Source: a virus
Taxonomy: Duplodnaviria; Caudoviricetes
DNA: 38,544 bases
Strand: one strand, 5' to 3'
IMG/VR virus record: IMGVR_UViG_3300029183_000011
Span: 1 to 38,544 of that record
Shown here: positions 8,943 to 18,671 of the stretch, piece by piece
Numbering within the stretch: position 1 is the first letter of the stretch
Layout: each line of letters begins with the position of its first letter
Translations under genes and position numbers: made by a program
Notes under the pieces: model-generated
Database searches by the model: none
Told to the model about the DNA's origin: nothing
The model's input: the letters and a program-made list of their open reading frames with translations, nothing else

Positions 8943-11900
8943 GCGATCCTACAGAAGTTTTTTCTGATAATACAATTGTCGTCGAGAATGACGTAGTTAA
9001 TGTTATTGAGGTTGCTACTCAAGGCACAGCAGGTATTGCTACGACTTTTCTTAGTTTGACAGATGTTCCAAACACCTATACTGGTCAAGCAGATAAAGAT
9101 GTTACAGTCAAAAATGACGAAACAGGATTAGAGTTTCTTGATCCTGTTACAGCTGCTAATGTTGGTTCTGGTGCAGACATATTTCGTGATGATGTTAGTC
9201 GTGTTTTGAATTTTAGAGGTATTGCGGGGTCTTCAGGTGTTAGTGCTGTTGTTAATGTAGATAACATTGATGTTACAGCAGTACCTGGAGAAATAGATCA
9301 CGATTCTCTTTTAAACTTTGTTGCCGACGAGCACGTGGCCCATTCCGCTGTTGTTTTAACAGCTGGCACAGGGTTAGATGGTGGTGGAGATATAACAACT
9401 AACAGAACATTTGATTTAGCAGACACAGCGGTTACTCCTGGTTCTTATACGAGTGCTAATATAACTGTTGATCAGCAAGGACGAATTACAGCTGCTGCTA
9501 ATGGGGCTGCTGCGGGTGAGGTAAACACAGCATCCAATGTTGGATCTGGTGCAGATATATTTAAACAAAAAACAGGTGTGGACTTAGAGTTTAGGGGTGT
9601 CAATGGAATATCCGGTGTTAATGCCGTCGTTAATAGCGATAATATTGATATTAGTGCTGTTCCGGCTGAAATAGATCATGACCAATTATTAAATTTTGTT
9701 GCTGACGAGCATGTAGCTCATTCTGGAGTGACTTTAACTGCTGGAACAGGCCTCGACGGTGGTGGGGATATAACTGTTAATAGAACTTTTGATTTAGCGG
9801 ATACTGCGGTCACACCTGGAAGTTATACCAATGCAGATATTACAGTTGATCAGCAAGGTCGAATAACCGCAGCGTCTAATGGAGCTTCGGCAGGAGAATC
9901 CAACACTGCGTCTAATGTTGGCTCTGGAGCTGATATATTTAAGCAAAAAACGGGTGTAGATTTAGAATTTCGTGGTGTTTTAGGCATAAAAGGCATAAAT
10001 ACTGTTGTAAATAGTGATAATATTGATGTTTCTTTGGTTATAAATACGGTTACGACTAAAAGTGAGGCATTATTAGCTACAGACACTTTTGCAGCATACA
10101 ATGCAAGTGCTGGCGTTACAGAGCAGTTTGACATCCAAGATATTCTTGATCTAGCAGGGGGAACACCTGGTGGTGTCGATGAAAATATACAATTTAATGA
10201 TGGTGGTTCTTTTGGTGGTTTTGGTACTTGGACAGGAACACAAGCCACAATACCAGGTATATTATCTTCTACGGGACAATTGCTTACAATAACTACCACA
10301 GGATCAGGAATAGCTCATTCTAATGCAGATGATTATATCTTAGGCGATGGAGTGGGACATCGTGGAATGACTGTTTATTCTGCAAATGACTCAGAGGGTA
10401 GAGTTGCTTTTGCAGATACTGATTCTGTGTTTCAAGGAATGTTGAAATACGATCATTCAGCTAATTTTTTAACTTTACATACACTTCAGGCTGAAGCGTT
10501 TAGAATAACAAGTTCTCGTCAAGTTCTCGTTGGTGCAACTTCAGCAGGGTTAGGTACAAAGGGCCATAAGGTTTTATCTAATGGAACAACACGTATTGTT
10601 CGTGATGGTTCTCATTGTATGGAAATAAATCGTTTAACGGATGATGGGCCATTAATTCAATTCTATCAAGCAGGTGATCAAGAAGGAAATATTGCTATAG
10701 AAGGGGACAATTTATTGATTGGTAATGGTACAGGCGAAGCAGTTCGTTTTGATACGAGTCAACGATCTATTTTCAATACAGATACCATTTCAATTAACGA
10801 TGATACACAAGTTTGGATAGCTGGTGGTACTGATAAAGTATCGTTAGGTATTCAGCGTCTTGATTTAATTGACGGACATAGTACTACAGAGATGGTTAAG
10901 TTTATTCAATTCTTTGATAATGAAAATCAAAATGATGAACCTAATCCATTAGGTTCCATAACTTGTAATATGGAACTAGATATGGCTTTTGAGGTAGATA
11001 ATAATGAAATTATGCGCCTTAGATCCAATAGAGATTTTTTAGTTCATAAAACTTTAATTGATCAAGGTGATACACAAGGACTTGAGATAGATTGGACAGA
11101 TGGAAATGTATTTCTTACTTCCGATGGTTCTGAAACTTTAAACCTTAACCGATTGACTGATGATGGTGAAATAATAGTTTTCAGACAGGCTGGTACTCAA
11201 GAAGGAAACATAAGCACTTCGACAGATAATTTATTATTTGGTCAAGGAACAGGGGAAGCTTTTCGAATAACAAATTTACAGCAAGTGTTTTTAGGCACTA
11301 CTACTGCTCCAACAGGAGCGCCTTCATTTTATAAGATGCTTATTCATGACACGGGGGCTAATAATACAAATGTAGTGGTTATGAGTAATACGGCCAATAA
11401 AGCTCAAGTAATATTTGGTGATACAGATGATGCTACGATGGGCGCAATTTCTTATGAGAACGCTACAGATGATATGGTGTTTCAGATTAATGATTTAACA
11501 AACATTATGCGATTGCGAAGTACTGAAGAAGCTGTATTTATTGGAACGGGTGCGCCACCAACGGGTGCTCCTACAAACATGAAATTATTAGTCCGTGATC
11601 CCAATGCTAATAATACAAATGTGGTATTGAATAGCCATACTGCTTGGAAAACTCAAATAATGTTTGGCGATACTGATGATGGAACTAGAGGTTCTATTTC
11701 TTATGATAATCCAAATGATTCATTAACGTTTACGACTGCGGATTTAACGACTGCGCTTGTTATAGATAATGCACAAGGGTCTACTTTTTCAGGCACCATA
11801 ACTGGTGTAGCTGGAACGACATCTATTGCAACGTTGAATGTTCCAGGTGGTGCGGCTCGAACAAGTCCTGTCCAAGGGGACATGTATGGTACGACAGCAG

Positions 11901-13561
11901 GTTTATTCTACCATGATGGTACTTCTTACGTTAATTTAGCAACTACGGGATCTGTTGCCTCGTTAGATAATGATGTATTTTTAGTGGGTCGTAATAATGC
12001 TGATGACGGTGATATTGATATAGTAAAAGTTAATACGAGTGATTTAATAGAGTTTGGTACTGCTACAGTATTGATGGGGGGTAGTACTAACAATGCTCAT
12101 GCAAATGGAGATAATTTTGTATTAGGTTCTACTGGAAATGCAAACGAGGGAATGACAATAAACAGTAGCACTACATCTAATATTTATTTTGCAGATGCAG
12201 GAAGTAACGCTACTGGACTAATTTCATATGCTCATTCAAATGATCATTTGAATTTTACTACAAATAGTGCTATTCAAATGACTATTGATAATGCTGGCCG
12301 ATTAATGCTTGGCACCACTACAATTACAGAAGCCCATGCAGACGCAGATGATTATTTAATATCGCATGGAAGTGGTAACGGTGGTATGACCATTGCTGCG
12401 AATAACACAGGAGCTATCGATTTTGGTTCTACTACAACTCAACGAGATGGAAGTATTCGTTATGTCCATAGTAGTGACCACATGGCTTTTTATACAGCTA
12501 CGACAGAGGCAGCAAGAATTGATTCTAGTCAGAACATATTAGTTGGTATAACAGCAGCTGCTACAGGTACAAATACACAAGCCGATAATATACAAATAGG
12601 TAGTACAACTACTCATGCAGGAATGACAATATCTTGTGGAGATGGTTTTGCTGCTAGATTGATATTTGGAGATGAATCGGATGCTGATATCGCTAGATTG
12701 GAATTAGATAATTCTGATAACTCATTTACAATTTATGATGCCATCGAAGTTAGTAGTGGTGCTGAAGTTACTGTTACTACAGCTTCTAATACACCACTAA
12801 CTGTTAATAGAACAACAAATTTCGGTCGTATCCTTAGTTTAGATAAGGATGGAACAACAGTAGGCGCTTTGGATGCAGATGCAGCAGACGAGTTTGTTGT
12901 AGAAGCGGTTGCTGCCACAGGTAAGTTATTGTTTGCTTCCAATGGTACTGAATATATGCGAATGACCAACGGTGGGGCATTATTTTTGGGTGCTACATCT
13001 AGTCCAAATTCGACACAAGCCTATTTTGTATCTACATCTAATGTACTTAACCTATATAGAACAAGTTCAACAACATCACATACAGCTTTTCAGATATATT
13101 CTGATGTTACAAGTACTGAAACACTTCATTTATCAGCTTATGTAGATGGTGATTTAGAGAATACTAATAATTCGTATGCAGGTTTATCAGATAGGCGACA
13201 TAAGGAAAATATAGAGTATAAAGTTTCTCAATGGGAAGATGTGAAAAAAATGGGTCCTTTATGTTGTAAGTATGACAATATGAGAGCAAATGGAGATAGG
13301 CAATTAGGTTTAGTTGCTCAAGATTTAATTGAAATCGGTTGTGAGGGATTAGTGAGCGAAGGTTCGGATGGTTATTATACATTAAAGTATAGTGTTTTGT
13401 ATATGAAAGGTTTTGTAGCTATAACCGAAGCTATTCCTCGTATAGAATCGTTAGAATCTAAGACGGTATCTCTTGAAGAGAAAACAAAAATGCTTGAAGA
13501 GGCATTAGATATAGCAAATGAAAAAATAAAAATTTTAGAGCGAAAAAAAGGAGAGCAGTAA
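8939..13561 (+). CDS. Long fibre protein with internal repeats and C-terminal intramolecular chaperone (peptidase S74)
   Basis: G/T/D/N-rich; TPGSYT.A.ITVDQQGRITAA fibre motif; SDRRHKENI...GLVAQDL...coiled-coil C-terminus. Confidence 0.9.
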   Translation: MSDPTEVFSDNTIVVENDVVNVIEVATQGTAGIATTFLSLTDVPNTYTGQADKDVTVKNDETGLEFLDPVTAANVGSGADIFRDDVSRVLNFRGIAGSSGVSAVVNVDNIDVTAVPGEIDHDSLLNFVADEHVAHSAVVLTAGTGLDGGGDITTNRTFDLADTAVTPGSYTSANITVDQQGRITAAANGAAAGEVNTASNVGSGADIFKQKTGVDLEFRGVNGISGVNAVVNSDNIDISAVPAEIDHDQLLNFVADEHVAHSGVTLTAGTGLDGGGDITVNRTFDLADTAVTPGSYTNADITVDQQGRITAASNGASAGESNTASNVGSGADIFKQKTGVDLEFRGVLGIKGINTVVNSDNIDVSLVINTVTTKSEALLATDTFAAYNASAGVTEQFDIQDILDLAGGTPGGVDENIQFNDGGSFGGFGTWTGTQATIPGILSSTGQLLTITTTGSGIAHSNADDYILGDGVGHRGMTVYSANDSEGRVAFADTDSVFQGMLKYDHSANFLTLHTLQAEAFRITSSRQVLVGATSAGLGTKGHKVLSNGTTRIVRDGSHCMEINRLTDDGPLIQFYQAGDQEGNIAIEGDNLLIGNGTGEAVRFDTSQRSIFNTDTISINDDTQVWIAGGTDKVSLGIQRLDLIDGHSTTEMVKFIQFFDNENQNDEPNPLGSITCNMELDMAFEVDNNEIMRLRSNRDFLVHKTLIDQGDTQGLEIDWTDGNVFLTSDGSETLNLNRLTDDGEIIVFRQAGTQEGNISTSTDNLLFGQGTGEAFRITNLQQVFLGTTTAPTGAPSFYKMLIHDTGANNTNVVVMSNTANKAQVIFGDTDDATMGAISYENATDDMVFQINDLTNIMRLRSTEEAVFIGTGAPPTGAPTNMKLLVRDPNANNTNVVLNSHTAWKTQIMFGDTDDGTRGSISYDNPNDSLTFTTADLTTALVIDNAQGSTFSGTITGVAGTTSIATLNVPGGAARTSPVQGDMYGTTAGLFYHDGTSYVNLATTGSVASLDNDVFLVGRNNADDGDIDIVKVNTSDLIEFGTATVLMGGSTNNAHANGDNFVLGSTGNANEGMTINSSTTSNIYFADAGSNATGLISYAHSNDHLNFTTNSAIQMTIDNAGRLMLGTTTITEAHADADDYLISHGSGNGGMTIAANNTGAIDFGSTTTQRDGSIRYVHSSDHMAFYTATTEAARIDSSQNILVGITAAATGTNTQADNIQIGSTTTHAGMTISCGDGFAARLIFGDESDADIARLELDNSDNSFTIYDAIEVSSGAEVTVTTASNTPLTVNRTTNFGRILSLDKDGTTVGALDADAADEFVVEAVAATGKLLFASNGTEYMRMTNGGALFLGATSSPNSTQAYFVSTSNVLNLYRTSSTTSHTAFQIYSDVTSTETLHLSAYVDGDLENTNNSYAGLSDRRHKENIEYKVSQWEDVKKMGPLCCKYDNMRANGDRQLGLVAQDLIEIGCEGLVSEGSDGYYTLKYSVLYMKGFVAITEAIPRIESLESKTVSLEEKTKMLEEALDIANEKIKILERKKGEQ
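9158..10035 (+). repeat. 378-bp (126-aa) tandem repeat, about 2.3 copies, inside the fibre gene
   Basis: AATGTTGGnTCTGGnGCnGA (NVGSGAD) recurs at 9158, 9536 and 9914. Confidence 0.92.
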
Positions 13562-13562
13562 A

Positions 13563-13862
13563 ATGGCATTATCGAAGACTAACAAGTATAAGGAAATTGA
13601 TCTTACGTATCAGCGGATCGAACATATTAGCGTGTATCCTGATTTGGAAGGCGGTTTGATGGAAGTCAGATTAGCTCAATTTAAAGATAAAGCATCGAGA
13701 GATTTATCTTTAGGTAATGGTTTGAACAAAGTAGAAGTTAATTTTACAAAAAATAATCATGCTACTTTGGATTTAACAGGTAATTTATTTTCGCAAGCAT
13801 ATACCTTGTTAAAGACACTTCCAGCATGGTCTGATGCAGTGGATGTTATAGAAAGTAAATAA
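13563..13862 (+). CDS. Small fibre-associated protein (putative fibre assembly factor)
   Basis: 99 aa directly after the fibre; QAYTLLKTLP.WSDAVD C-terminus resembles proteins that follow S74 fibres. Confidence 0.55.
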   Translation: MALSKTNKYKEIDLTYQRIEHISVYPDLEGGLMEVRLAQFKDKASRDLSLGNGLNKVEVNFTKNNHATLDLTGNLFSQAYTLLKTLPAWSDAVDVIESK

Positions 13863-13885
13863 AATTTAATTAGGAAAGGATAATA

Positions 13886-14320
13886 ATGATTAAGGTAATA
13901 GGAAAGGATATATTAAGTATTTCAAATGCGTTAAATATTTTACGAGCGTATAAAAAGATCACTATGGTTAATAGTGTTAAGGTTGGTAGAACATTAAACA
14001 TTGTTAATAAAGAGGTAGAGTTAATCCTTGAAAAGCAAGCGGAATGTCTAAAGAAATATGCTAAAAAAGATGATGAAGGTAATTTTAAAACAAAAGATCT
14101 TGGTAACAATGGTACAGCATATATCTTCGAAGATCGATTAGCTTATGACGAGGAAATGAAAGAGTTTAGCAATGCTGAAATTGAGATAAACGTTTCTCCA
14201 TTGGACATTGCTATTTTTAAGGATAAGAAGAATAAACAAGAAACAGATTTACCACCAATTGTTTTTGAGCAGTTGCATTGGCTTTTTAATTTTGAGGATA
14301 TTGAAGAACAGGAGGAATAA
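13886..14320 (+). CDS. Helical hypothetical protein in fibre cassette (possible chaperone)
   Basis: 144 aa, RBS GGAAAGGA, KKYAKKDDEG motif. Confidence 0.5.
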   Translation: MIKVIGKDILSISNALNILRAYKKITMVNSVKVGRTLNIVNKEVELILEKQAECLKKYAKKDDEGNFKTKDLGNNGTAYIFEDRLAYDEEMKEFSNAEIEINVSPLDIAIFKDKKNKQETDLPPIVFEQLHWLFNFEDIEEQEE

Positions 14321-14323
14321 AAA

Positions 14324-14758
14324 ATGACAGTACCAGCAGACGTAGGAACAGGCATGTCAATACTGTTCGGAACCAGTGGTTTCGATGCGCAAATAACAAG
14401 TATTGGCTGGACAGATTACACAAAGGAAACATTTGATGTTTCTCATTTAGGAACCACTGAATTGGCAGCAGGTCTTGTTATGGGTAGTCGAGAATTTATT
14501 ACAGGACGACTATCTGATCCTGGTGAGTTTGAGATTGAAGGCCATTTCAATCCTGATAAGGAACCACCAATTGAAGGTGCGTCGGAAACGATAACAATCA
14601 CTTTTCCATTAGATCCAGCAGATGCTACAGCTGCTAATTACTCGTTTACTGGTAAGATGGTTGATTTTTCATTTAATGGTGCTGTGGAAGAAGTAATGAC
14701 TTTTTCAGCGACTGTTAAAGCGTTAGGTAATGTAACGCTTACTGAGTCTACTACATGA
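14324..14758 (+). CDS. Tail tube (major tail) protein
   Basis: ETFDVSHL, REFITGRLSDPGE, MTFSATVK..G motifs; precedes chaperones and tape measure. Confidence 0.85.
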   Translation: MTVPADVGTGMSILFGTSGFDAQITSIGWTDYTKETFDVSHLGTTELAAGLVMGSREFITGRLSDPGEFEIEGHFNPDKEPPIEGASETITITFPLDPADATAANYSFTGKMVDFSFNGAVEEVMTFSATVKALGNVTLTESTT

Positions 14759-14794
14759 TATTAGATTTAGAAAAAGAGCATATAAAAATAGATC

Positions 14795-14827
14795 TACAGG
14801 GCAGATTTTGTGTCTGTCCTGTATTTT
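14795..14827 (+). terminator. Terminator/attenuator hairpin after the tail tube gene
   Basis: TACAGGGCAGA-TTTTGTG-TCTGTCCTGTA followed by TTTT. Confidence 0.7.
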
Positions 14828-14845
14828 ATGGAAAGGATAAAAAAG

Positions 14846-15196
14846 ATGGCACATCTAAACAGGGATCAGATATTAAAGTCTGATGATTTAAAATTAACAG
14901 AGGTACAAATACCTGAATGGGGCGGTTCAGTTTTTGTTAAGCCTTTGACTTCCAAACAAAAAGATCAATACGAAGCTTCTTTAATCGATAAAAAAGGCAA
15001 TCCCGTATATAAAAATATTCGGGCTAGATTAGCGGTTATGTGTGTTGTTTCAGATAAAGGTGAGCAGCTTTTTACAGATGTTGATATTGAGGCTTTAGGT
15101 AATAAAAGTGGCGCAGCGTTATCTAGAATTTTTAATGTTGTTTTAGAAAAGAATAATATCACTGAAGAAGATTTAGGAGATTTGGAAAAAAACTAA
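14846..15196 (+). CDS. Tail assembly chaperone (lambda gpG analogue)
   Basis: LNRDQIL, VQIPEWGGSVFV, ends EKN-stop; RBS AAAGGA before ATG 14846. Confidence 0.9.
   Translation: MAHLNRDQILKSDDLKLTEVQIPEWGGSVFVKPLTSKQKDQYEASLIDKKGNPVYKNIRARLAVMCVVSDKGEQLFTDVDIEALGNKSGAALSRIFNVVLEKNNITEEDLGDLEKN
15187..15193 (+). other. Programmed -1 ribosomal frameshift site A AAA AAC
   Basis: X XXY YYZ heptamer right before TAA; the -1 frame is open into the next ORF. Confidence 0.88.
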
Positions 15197-15546
15197 GTAG
15201 GAGGCCAGAGCGACTATTTTGGCATAAGCTTTCCTTGGCTTTGGGTCTTCCTATTGAAGAAGCGCAGGAGAAAATATCTCCTGAAGAATTTAATTCTTGG
15301 AAAGCTTACTTTATGCAGGACCCGTTTGGTTACGACAGGATAGAGTATATGATAGGTATGGTTTGTTCAATATTATGTAATATTCACCGAAAAAAAGGTG
15401 GTAGAACATTTAAGCCTGAAGACTTTTTACCTAAGTACGGTTCTGTCCATTTAGAAACTAAAAAGAACATAGATTCTTCACGAATGTTTATGGAAATGTT
15501 TAAGAAAAGGATGGATACGAAGTATGGCAACAATAGCAACGCTTAA
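15193..15546 (+). CDS. Frameshift extension of tail chaperone (gpT analogue)
   Basis: -1 frame reads LSRRPERLFWHKLSLALGLP...WKAYFMQDPFG...FKPEDFLP, continuous with track ORF 15235-15546. Confidence 0.85.
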   Translation, partial: LSRRPERLFWHKLSLALGLPIEEAQEKISPEEFNSWKAYFMQDPFGYDRIEYMIGMVCSILCNIHRKKGGRTFKPEDFLPKYGSVHLETKKNIDSSRMFMEMFKKRMDTKYGNNSNA

Positions 15547-16945
15547 TGTAAATCTTGTAGCTAATACTAGACGATTTACTAAAGGAATAACTCGGTCTAC
15601 GATGTCTCTTCGTAAACTTACATCTAGTTTAAAAACATTAGGGATAGCTGTTGCTGGAATTGGTACAGCTTTTGGTTTAGCAGCTGCTACAGGGCTAGCT
15701 TCCTTTGTTAAAGAAACAGCTGCTGCTCTCGACGAGACAGGTAAGTTTTCTAGACGGCTTGGTATATTAACCGAAGATATGTTAGCCCTTCAGTTTGCGG
15801 CACAAATCGGTGGTGTTGGAATTAATGATATTAACAAAGCTCTTGTGAATTTAGGTCAAGTTATAACCGACGGTACGCAAGGTATAGGAGCTGGAATTAA
15901 TGCATTTAAGGCATTAAATCTTAATGCAAATGAATTAGCTCGTTTATCCTTAGATGAAGCATTTTTAAAAATAGGTGATGCACTTAATACTGTAGAAGAC
16001 GCTACTATAAGGGTGGGGTTGGCTACAGACTTTTTTAGTAAAAGAGGATTAGGTGTTTTAAACATTTTGGAAGACGGTACGGATGCAGCTAGGGAGCTTA
16101 TAAAAGAAGCCAGGGAAATTGGATTAACGATAAATGATTTAGATGCTTTTAAAATAGAAACCGCGAATGACCAATTTTTGAGATTATCTAAATTAATTGA
16201 GGCTGCAAAAATCCGTTTAACTGTGGCTCTTGCTCCTGCACTAACTGTTATAACTACTAAATTATTTACTATTGGAAAACAGGCAAATAATACAGGTGGT
16301 GTTTTTCAATCCGTTTTCACTACCATTGTAAAAAGTGTAGGTTTCATGATTGTTCAATTTGATAGATTGAGAGCCGTCTTTTTTGGTATTCGTTTAGTTT
16401 TTGTAAAGCTGCTTCGTATTTTGTTTGATGGTATTGAGCTGTTAATAAGAAGTATTCGTGATCTTGTTAATGAAGTGCCTTTGTTGAAAAAGCAGTTTGG
16501 TGATTTAACTTCTTCAGCAACTAAAGATGCACAAATAATGGCAGATGCGTTTGCTTCTGTTGAGAAAGATACTACTACCGCTTTTCAAAACGCATTAGCT
16601 GATTTTCAATCAGGTAAAGGTATGCGTCAAGCAGAAAACTTTCTAAAAGATGTTCGTATACAAGAAGCTAAAATCGCTAAGGACTTTAATGAAAAACAAA
16701 AACGTCAAGCTAAAAATAGAACGCTTGATTTAGAGACAGCTTTAAGCCGAATTCAACAAGGTAAGAAGTTAGGAACAGCTTTAGTGTTCAAGACTCCTCG
16801 AATAGATATTGGTGCTTTAGCAGAAGCTGGTCAATCGATTGATCAAAAAATATTGAATGTTGAAAAAGCTAATTTAGTAGAGAATAAAAAACAAACAGCT
16901 GAACTTAAGAAGCTGGCCGTTGGCGGTGCGCCGAAAGCACAATAG
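15524..16945 (+). CDS. Tape measure protein (short, 473 aa)
   Basis: MATIATLNVNLVANT N-terminus, Ala/Leu-rich helical; follows the G/GT chaperones. Confidence 0.88.
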   Translation: MATIATLNVNLVANTRRFTKGITRSTMSLRKLTSSLKTLGIAVAGIGTAFGLAAATGLASFVKETAAALDETGKFSRRLGILTEDMLALQFAAQIGGVGINDINKALVNLGQVITDGTQGIGAGINAFKALNLNANELARLSLDEAFLKIGDALNTVEDATIRVGLATDFFSKRGLGVLNILEDGTDAARELIKEAREIGLTINDLDAFKIETANDQFLRLSKLIEAAKIRLTVALAPALTVITTKLFTIGKQANNTGGVFQSVFTTIVKSVGFMIVQFDRLRAVFFGIRLVFVKLLRILFDGIELLIRSIRDLVNEVPLLKKQFGDLTSSATKDAQIMADAFASVEKDTTTAFQNALADFQSGKGMRQAENFLKDVRIQEAKIAKDFNEKQKRQAKNRTLDLETALSRIQQGKKLGTALVFKTPRIDIGALAEAGQSIDQKILNVEKANLVENKKQTAELKKLAVGGAPKAQ

Positions 16946-16953
16946 AGGTATAT

Positions 16954-17841
16954 ATGACAATAGTTATAAATGATTTAATAGAAGAAGCGGCAATAAATGA
17001 AGATAAAGATGGTATAACTGCAACAAGATCATTTTTTATTGATGGCTTAAGCGGAAACGGTGTTACAAAGATGGCACAAGCTTTGTTTCTTCCTGGTATT
17101 CCTGTTTATAGAGAAGCTCACCCTGTTTTAGCAAGATTAATTGTTGTCAATAAAAAAGTAGTGCCTATTGGGCAAAGTGCACAATTTAAAGTAGTGGTTG
17201 ATTATGCACCCCCGAGAGGTGGAGATAGTGAACAACCAATATTAAATGTTGGTGGGTCCCTTCAATCTTCTAAAACTAATTTAGGATACCTTATTGGTAC
17301 GCAGCAGGGCGGTGCAGCCCCTGAACCTATGTTTATTCAGCCAGATGGACAAGTGGGTGAACGTAGGTTATATACGTTGCCTAGACAGCCTGTATTGGCT
17401 GATATTCAATTACCTATGATAACAGTAGGGGTAACGAGAAAAGAGGTAGCTGTTAACCCGTTAACCATCGCTAAAAAGTATCTAGGTAAGATTAATAAAG
17501 AGTCATTTTTAGGTTTTGAGCCACATAAAGTATTATGTACACGTACTAATGCTAATACTCAAGACGATGCTGAATCATATACAATGGATTATGAATTTAG
17601 TATCAAAAATGATGCTTTAGGTTGGAACATACATGCTGTGTATAAAGATCCTTTAACAGATGCACCTATATTAGGTGCTGATCCTGCAAACAATGCAACA
17701 GAAGCTACTTTTATTTTATATAATGAGGTTGATCTTAGAGAATTGAATATAGATATTGAACCTGCACAAGATACGGGTCTTGGCATAAGTTCTTTGGTAT
17801 CGTTTGGTGTAGGGACTGGTACTTTTGGGGTTCAAACGTGA
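16954..17841 (+). CDS. Putative distal tail/tail-tip protein
   Basis: Immediately after tape measure; 295 aa, no family motif I can name. Confidence 0.5.
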   Translation: MTIVINDLIEEAAINEDKDGITATRSFFIDGLSGNGVTKMAQALFLPGIPVYREAHPVLARLIVVNKKVVPIGQSAQFKVVVDYAPPRGGDSEQPILNVGGSLQSSKTNLGYLIGTQQGGAAPEPMFIQPDGQVGERRLYTLPRQPVLADIQLPMITVGVTRKEVAVNPLTIAKKYLGKINKESFLGFEPHKVLCTRTNANTQDDAESYTMDYEFSIKNDALGWNIHAVYKDPLTDAPILGADPANNATEATFILYNEVDLRELNIDIEPAQDTGLGISSLVSFGVGTGTFGVQT

Positions 17842-18671
17842 GTGGACAGAACGCTTTACATGATACAAATGATCCTAAGCCATTATTAAAGTCCAATAAT
17901 GTTAATAGAAGAATTCTAAATCGTTGGAATAAAGGCGATGTATTAACTGCGGCACACCTTCAAGAAGCAGTTGAAGCATTAAATCAATTACAAGGTATAG
18001 ATCCACCTTTACCATTTAATAATACTGCACCTTCTCAAGTTAAGCAGTTTATAGTTAAAGAAGTTAAACCAGATTATATTGTTTGTTATGATTTTGATGG
18101 ACAGAACTATTGGAATCCTAGAGAAGACGCAGATACTATAGCCAGTGAAACGGCAAATAATCAGGTATTTAATTCTATTGTTGTAGACGATATCTCGCCT
18201 ACAGATACTAATGCTCCTGCTGAATTTTGGATAGCAAAACCACCATTATTACGCCAATCGTTTTGGGACAAAGATCTTGATGGTTATATACCTGCAACAT
18301 TAAAGCAAAGAGGGGGAATTGAATACGAAGAAAATTCAGCAGATATCGACGAAGATTTTCCTTCCCAAATTCGTTTAGCGACGAGAATTGAAGATGATGA
18401 GGAAGAGCAGCAACAGATTGTACCTTTATATCGTCCTGGTGATATTTTGTATGCTGTATCAAATGTTGTTGGATCAACAGGTGTATATGTTACATCTGGT
18501 TTAGAAGTTTCTGGTGCTGAAGGTTCTAATGATGCAGGCGGTGTATATCCTTCTGATCAATTGCTTAGTAGGCCACCATCTCAAATAGGGCAAGCTGATC
18601 CTTCTTTGATTATAACTTGGCAAGATATGAATGTAGATGCTCGTGCATGGGCGAAACGAGCTGATTCGTGA
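17838..18671 (+). CDS. Putative tail-tip structural protein
   Basis: GTGA-coupled, acidic; WNKGDVLTAAHL motif resembles N-terminal anchors of virion fibre-type proteins. Confidence 0.45.
   Translation: MSGQNALHDTNDPKPLLKSNNVNRRILNRWNKGDVLTAAHLQEAVEALNQLQGIDPPLPFNNTAPSQVKQFIVKEVKPDYIVCYDFDGQNYWNPREDADTIASETANNQVFNSIVVDDISPTDTNAPAEFWIAKPPLLRQSFWDKDLDGYIPATLKQRGGIEYEENSADIDEDFPSQIRLATRIEDDEEEQQQIVPLYRPGDILYAVSNVVGSTGVYVTSGLEVSGAEGSNDAGGVYPSDQLLSRPPSQIGQADPSLIITWQDMNVDARAWAKRADS

Noticed and set aside
9158-10035. Fibre repeats as diversity-generating retroelement TR/VR or CRISPR
   Set aside because: Repeats are in-frame coding duplications with mostly synonymous differences not limited to adenines; no reverse transcriptase or spacers
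14755-14883. 42-codon ORF (MILDLEKEHIKIDLQGRF...) overlapping the tube stop by ATGA
   Set aside because: Runs through the terminator hairpin and into the chaperone gene with no recognisable motif; cannot be supported
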